This document shows positions 59,401-64,000 of a stretch of DNA of 64,000 bases, in pieces. The position numbers were made by a program, and so were the translations under genes. The notes under the pieces were generated by a model. The model was not told the origin of the DNA and made no database searches. It saw only the letters and a program-made list of their open reading frames with translations. The DNA comes from Octopus vulgaris (Eukaryota), in the NCBI GenBank assembly GCA_951406725.2, contig OX597814.1, positions 131,812,001-131,876,000 of the forward strand, read 5' to 3'. The first letter of the stretch is position 1. Each line of letters begins with the position of its first letter.

Positions 59401-62400
59401 TCTGGGTTCAAATTCCGCCGAGGTCGACTTTACCTTTCATCCTTTCGGGGGTCGATAAATTAAGTACCAGTTACGCACTGGGATCGATATAATCGACTTA
59501 ATCCGTTTGTCTGTCCTTGTTTGCCCTCTCTGTGTTTAGCCCCTTGTGGGTAGTAAAGAAATAGGTATTTCGTCTGCCGCTACGTTCTGGGTTCAAATTC
59601 CGCCGAGGTCGACTTTGCCTTTCATCCTTTCGGGGTCGATAAATTAAGTACCAGTTACGCACTGGGATCGATATAATCGACTTAATCCAATTGTCTGTCC
59701 TTGTTTGCCCTCTCTGTGTTTAGCCCCTTGTGGGTAGTAAAGAAATAGGCATTTCGTCCGCCGTTACGTTCTGAGTTCAAATTCTGCCGAGGTCGACTTT
59801 GCCTTTCATCCTTTCGGGGTTGATAAATAAAGTACCAGTTACGCACTGGGGTCGATATAATCGACTTAATCCGTTTGTCTGTCCTTGTTTGTCCTCTCTG
59901 TGTCTGGCCCCTTGTGGGCAGTAAAGAAATATGTTTCTATTTCTCTTCCTTTTTGTTTCTTTTGTTTCTTTTTTTTTACTGGCCTCTCTTTCAACAATCT
60001 TCATTGTTCCTTTACTTTTCCCATTTTTTGCGAGATGGTGTTGCAGCTGGTCTTCTAGGAAGTTTTTGTGTTTCTTTCTTTTTCAATTCCTCCATCTCCA
60101 TGAACTCGGGTATCTTTGTTGATGGTAGCCTTTTCCGTGCCTTCCTTATTAGTTCGTCTACTCAAGGGTTCAGTGTTGGAGATGTTCTCTGTATCAGATA
60201 TTTTACTTGAAGATTCACTATCTTTAAAAATAGTAACCAGCTTCTGTAGATGTCATCTAATGAGGAGCGGATGAATTCACTTTTCTTCAGCTGTATTTGC
60301 ACCACGAGCCTGCTGAATCCTGCACCTTTTAGGACCGCAATGATAATAATTCTCAGAATAGGAGAATATTCTCGGAATGGGAGAATAGTTCTCAGCTACG
60401 ACCTAAGTTCTAAGAAACAGACCTATTACTGAAGCGTTCCAATGTCTTGACGGCATCTTTGTTGTCTTATTCATATAACATGACCCCTGGCAGAATCGTT
60501 AGCACGTCGGGCAAAATGCTTAGCAGTATTTCGTCTGCCGCTATACGTTCTGAGTTCAAATTACGTCGAGGTCAACTTTGCATTTCATCCTTTCGGGGTC
60601 GATTAAATAAGTACCAGTTACGCACTGGGGTCGATGTAATCGACTTAATCCGTGTGTCTGTCCTTGTTTGTCCCCTTTGTGTTTAGCCCCTTGTGTGTAG
60701 TAAAGAAATAGGTACTTAATTTATCGACCTCGAAAGGATGAAAGACAAAGTCAACCTCGGCGTTTGTCTGTCCTTGTTTGACCCCTCTGTGTTTAGCCCC
60801 TTGTAGGTAGTAAAGAAATATATTCATATAACATGACCCCGCTCCTTCCAGTGAAATTTTCTACAAAACCTTTTAAATAACATTTTAATTTCAATTTTTA
60901 TTTAATTCTATTTTTTAAATTTTAGCTTTTATTTTTCAGCTTCTATCCATCTCACACATACCTATACACATAGCATGAAGCCCGACCCACATAATATTAA
61001 AAAAAAATTTTTTTATTGCCCACAAGGGGCTGAACATAGAGGGGACAAACAAGGACAAACAGATTAAGTCGATTACATCGACCCCAGTGCGTAACTGGTA
61101 CTTAATTTATCGACCCCGAAAGGATGAAAGGCAAAGTCGACCTCGGCGGAATTTGAACTCAGAACGCAGCAGCGGACGAAATAACACAAAGCATTTCGCC
61201 CGGCGTGCTAACGTTTCTGCCAGCTTGCCGCCTTACGTTTCTGCCAGCTCGACCCACATAATATACAAACACATACCGCACATATATACGCGTTAACTTA
61301 TCCCGACATGTACAAAGAGAACCTTCCACCCATACACATATACACACGCATATACGCACCAGCATTCATACGTCCTCACATACACTCACTCACACACCTC
61401 CTCACACAAGTTCATACACATACGCTCAGTCATAGCCACACCCACACTCATACGAACATGTACATACACACACTCATACGCACACACACAAACATATACA
61501 TACAAGCAACAACACCAACGCATTCACATACTTGTCATTTCGCCCCTACACCCACCACACACATACACACGCACTCACAAATACGCACACGTACACACGC
61601 ACACGTACACACATCCACACACACGACCTAACACCTATTCACACTTATACGTACACCCACACATTCACACGCACTTATATATACTCCCTCACACGCACAA
61701 ACACACACACACACCTGCATATACCTACGCACACACGCACGTGCATATATCTCCACACACACAACCTCACACGCACTCATATGCACATATATACACACAC
61801 ACGCGCGCACTCGTATGCCTCACACATACATATACAGATACACACACATACACATAGACACATTCACGCACTCATACGCACAGACGCACTCATACACACA
61901 TACACATGCACATACATTACCACTCCGTCATACAAACACATAAATAAACACTCGCAGCCACGCACACCCACTCACACACTTTTCACTTCCTTCAACTGAA
62001 TTGAACAACCGCTACTGACCCACACAGTAACTGTCACAAAAAAATACACACGCACACGGAAACTATAACACACACACATACACGTACGCAGAAACTACCT
62101 CACACACACACATACATACATACTATCTTAGCAATCATCAGTCTCAAAAAAAAAACACATTTCCTTATCGCTTTCTACTTCCGGCCACTTCAGCAATGTA
62201 ACTACACGTGCAGCTAACAATTTATTTTCGTTCTTTGGACTTTTCCCATTCTACTTTCCGATGAAGAGCTTTGCTCAAAACGTCAAACTTTCTCTTTGTA
62301 ATACATTCCTTGTGGACGTCGTCTAGTTGTCCGTTACCTTTAGTCTTTTTATTTGAATTGATTGTTTATCTAAAACGACAATATATAAATATATATAAAC

Positions 62401-62886
62401 ACACTCTTTACTCTTTTACTTGTTTCAGTCATTTGACTGCGGCCATGCTGGAGCACCGCCTTTAGTCAAGCAAACCGACCGCAGGACTTATTCTCTATTG
62501 GTCCCTTTTGCCGAACCGCTAAGTTACGGGGACGTTACCACACCACCATCGGTTGTCAAGCGATGTCTCGGGACAAACAAAGACACACAAACATATACAC
62601 ATACATACATACATACATAATATATATATATATATATTTGTGTGTGTGTGTGTGTGTGCGTGTGTGTGTTTGCCCCCTCATCACTTGACAACCGATGTTG
62701 GTGTGTTTATGTCCCCGCAAATTAGAGGTTCGACAAAAGAGAGCGATAGAATGAGTAATAGGCTTACGAAGAATAAGTCGTGGGGTCGATTTGGTCGACT
62801 AAAGGCAGTGCTCCAGCATAACTGCAATCCAGTTACTGAGACAAAAGAATAAAAAGAGTATATATGTATGTATGTATGTATGTATC

Positions 62887-62936
<50 letters not shown>

Positions 62937-63830
62937 GATACATATATATATATATATGTAGATACATATATACTCGGGTTATAACTCGCTCTGAGATTTA
63001 TATATATATATATACATACACACATATATATATATAGTGATATAGACAGGAGTGCATTGTGCACCAAAAGCCAATATGTGTTACAATCAGGGTACCTGTA
63101 CTAGTTTCTGGTATATTGTCTCACTTCAATTTAATACACTTATCCCATTATACTTGCAAAAAACTGATATATATATATATATAGGTGTTTACGTGTGAAT
63201 CTGTGTGCGCTACGTGCGCCAGTGTGTGTATGTATGTAAGTATATTTTCAAATTAAGGTAGAAGTTTTAATGAAAGTATTTCTTATTTTATTACAGGATC
63301 TCCCTCAAGTTGTAATCTTTCTCTTCTTGAACTTCATCTTGATTGTATCTTCGGCATCAATTCCAACCCAATGTAAAATACCAACAGACTTAAAAGTCCG
63401 CTACGAGAACTTGTCCAAAGCAGACGTTGACAATCATTTTTTTCTGACAGCTGAAATGGCCCCAGCCGAAAGTAACCGGACAACACTGACCGAAGGTGAT
63501 AAAAGCTGCCCAACATCGCCTGTATCTAGTGATATCATCCGTGAACGTTCCACCTGTCCTTGGTACCTGAACATTACGCATGATTCAACAGTTTTCCCTC
63601 CATCACGAAGTGAAGCGGTATGTCGCTGTAGAAACTGTTTAGTGTCTAACAGCACCACCCAACAATGTTCGACTGTATACACTAAAATGACTGTCCTGAA
63701 ACGTACAGGTGAATGTGTTGATGGACTCTATATTTATGAACCACATGTGATTGATGTAGCCACAGCCTGTGTGTGTGCACGGACGGTTGATGGCTATGCT
63801 GAAGGAAGTAGAGATGAATATGAGTCCTAA
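56410..63830 (+). CDS. IL17-like: Interleukin-17-like cytokine, copy 3: join(56410..56412,63297..63830), 178 aa
   Basis: AAAAATAACG-ATG|GTAAGTAG donor; TTTTATTACAG|GAT acceptor; signal peptide and full IL-17 Cys pattern. Confidence 0.9.
56830..60467 (-). mobile_element. Decayed, internally deleted CR1-like LINE in intron 1 of IL17 copy 3, with nested SINEs
   Basis: DFSKPFDKVDH, PQDTELGPLLF, CADDTKV, SRLDYCSQVWS (RT); EN remnant at about 58150-58420; ORF1-like region with CKFHIKGIC...NCRFAHPK. Confidence 0.75.
59330..59930 (+). mobile_element. Trimeric SINE family B insertion
   Basis: Three head-to-tail bodies inside one 16-bp TSD ATGTTTCTATTTCTCT (59314-59329 / 59931-59946). Confidence 0.88.
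60488..60820 (+). mobile_element. Rearranged SINE family B insertion with an internal inverted piece
   Basis: 20-bp TSD TATTCATATAACATGACCCC (60468-60487 / 60821-60840). Another copy at about 61008-61232(-). Confidence 0.85.
61260..62120. repeat. Degenerate CA-rich low-complexity tract
   Basis: Imperfect (CA)n/(CATA)n/(CACG)n mosaic giving spurious His/Thr ORFs. Confidence 0.85.
62255..62287 (+). ncRNA. Degenerate minimal hammerhead motif in intron 1 of IL17 copy 3 (sense strand)
   Basis: TTT-CCGATGA-A-GAGC ttt GCTC-AAAA-CG-TC-AAA; both core boxes carry one substitution. Confidence 0.5.
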
Positions 63831-64000
63831 AAAATCGACCGTCAAATTGTTCAGTGCGTGTAACGCAAAAGTTATTCATTGCATAATGAAACGTGTTGAT
63901 CACCGTGTGGTTATTATTTTCAATTTATTCACTTTTGCTTTTTCGTCTCCATGTCTTTGTTTATACTATTTTGCCACCTTGGATATTTTAAACGGATTAT

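Noticed and set aside
59330-59930. CRISPR-like or satellite array
   Set aside because: The units are whole SINE bodies with no unique spacers, in a eukaryotic context with no cas genes.

Overview
AT-rich, microsatellite-dense eukaryotic DNA. The SINE families and the IL-17 array point to an octopus (cephalopod) genome; this is inferred, not checked against a database. The only host genes I can support are three tandem, same-strand interleukin-17-like cytokine genes. Each has a conserved TATA/Inr promoter, a first exon ending exactly on the ATG (21506-21508, 39258-39260, 56410-56412, each followed by GTAAGT), a 2.9-6.9 kb TE-filled intron, and a second exon encoding the rest of the protein (24800-25327, 42197-42706, 63297-63830). 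The spacers between the genes are paralogous, so the array arose by tandem duplication, followed by unit-specific insertions, deletions and promoter changes. The rest is mostly mobile DNA: a decayed Tx1/L1-type LINE, an R4/Dong-type LINE nested in the (TAA)n tract of a Penelope-like element (PLE), CR1- and RTE-type fragments, many PLE fragments, tRNA-derived SINEs with long TSDs, and Helitron-like relics. The most notable unannotated signal is about 13 type-I hammerhead-ribozyme motifs (some with an intact core, many degenerate) in small non-coding modules beside (TA)n tracts. They include a 363-bp tandem retrozyme-like unit and one filled-versus-empty insertion upstream of an IL-17 promoter. 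All calls were made by eye, and repeat boundaries are approximate.
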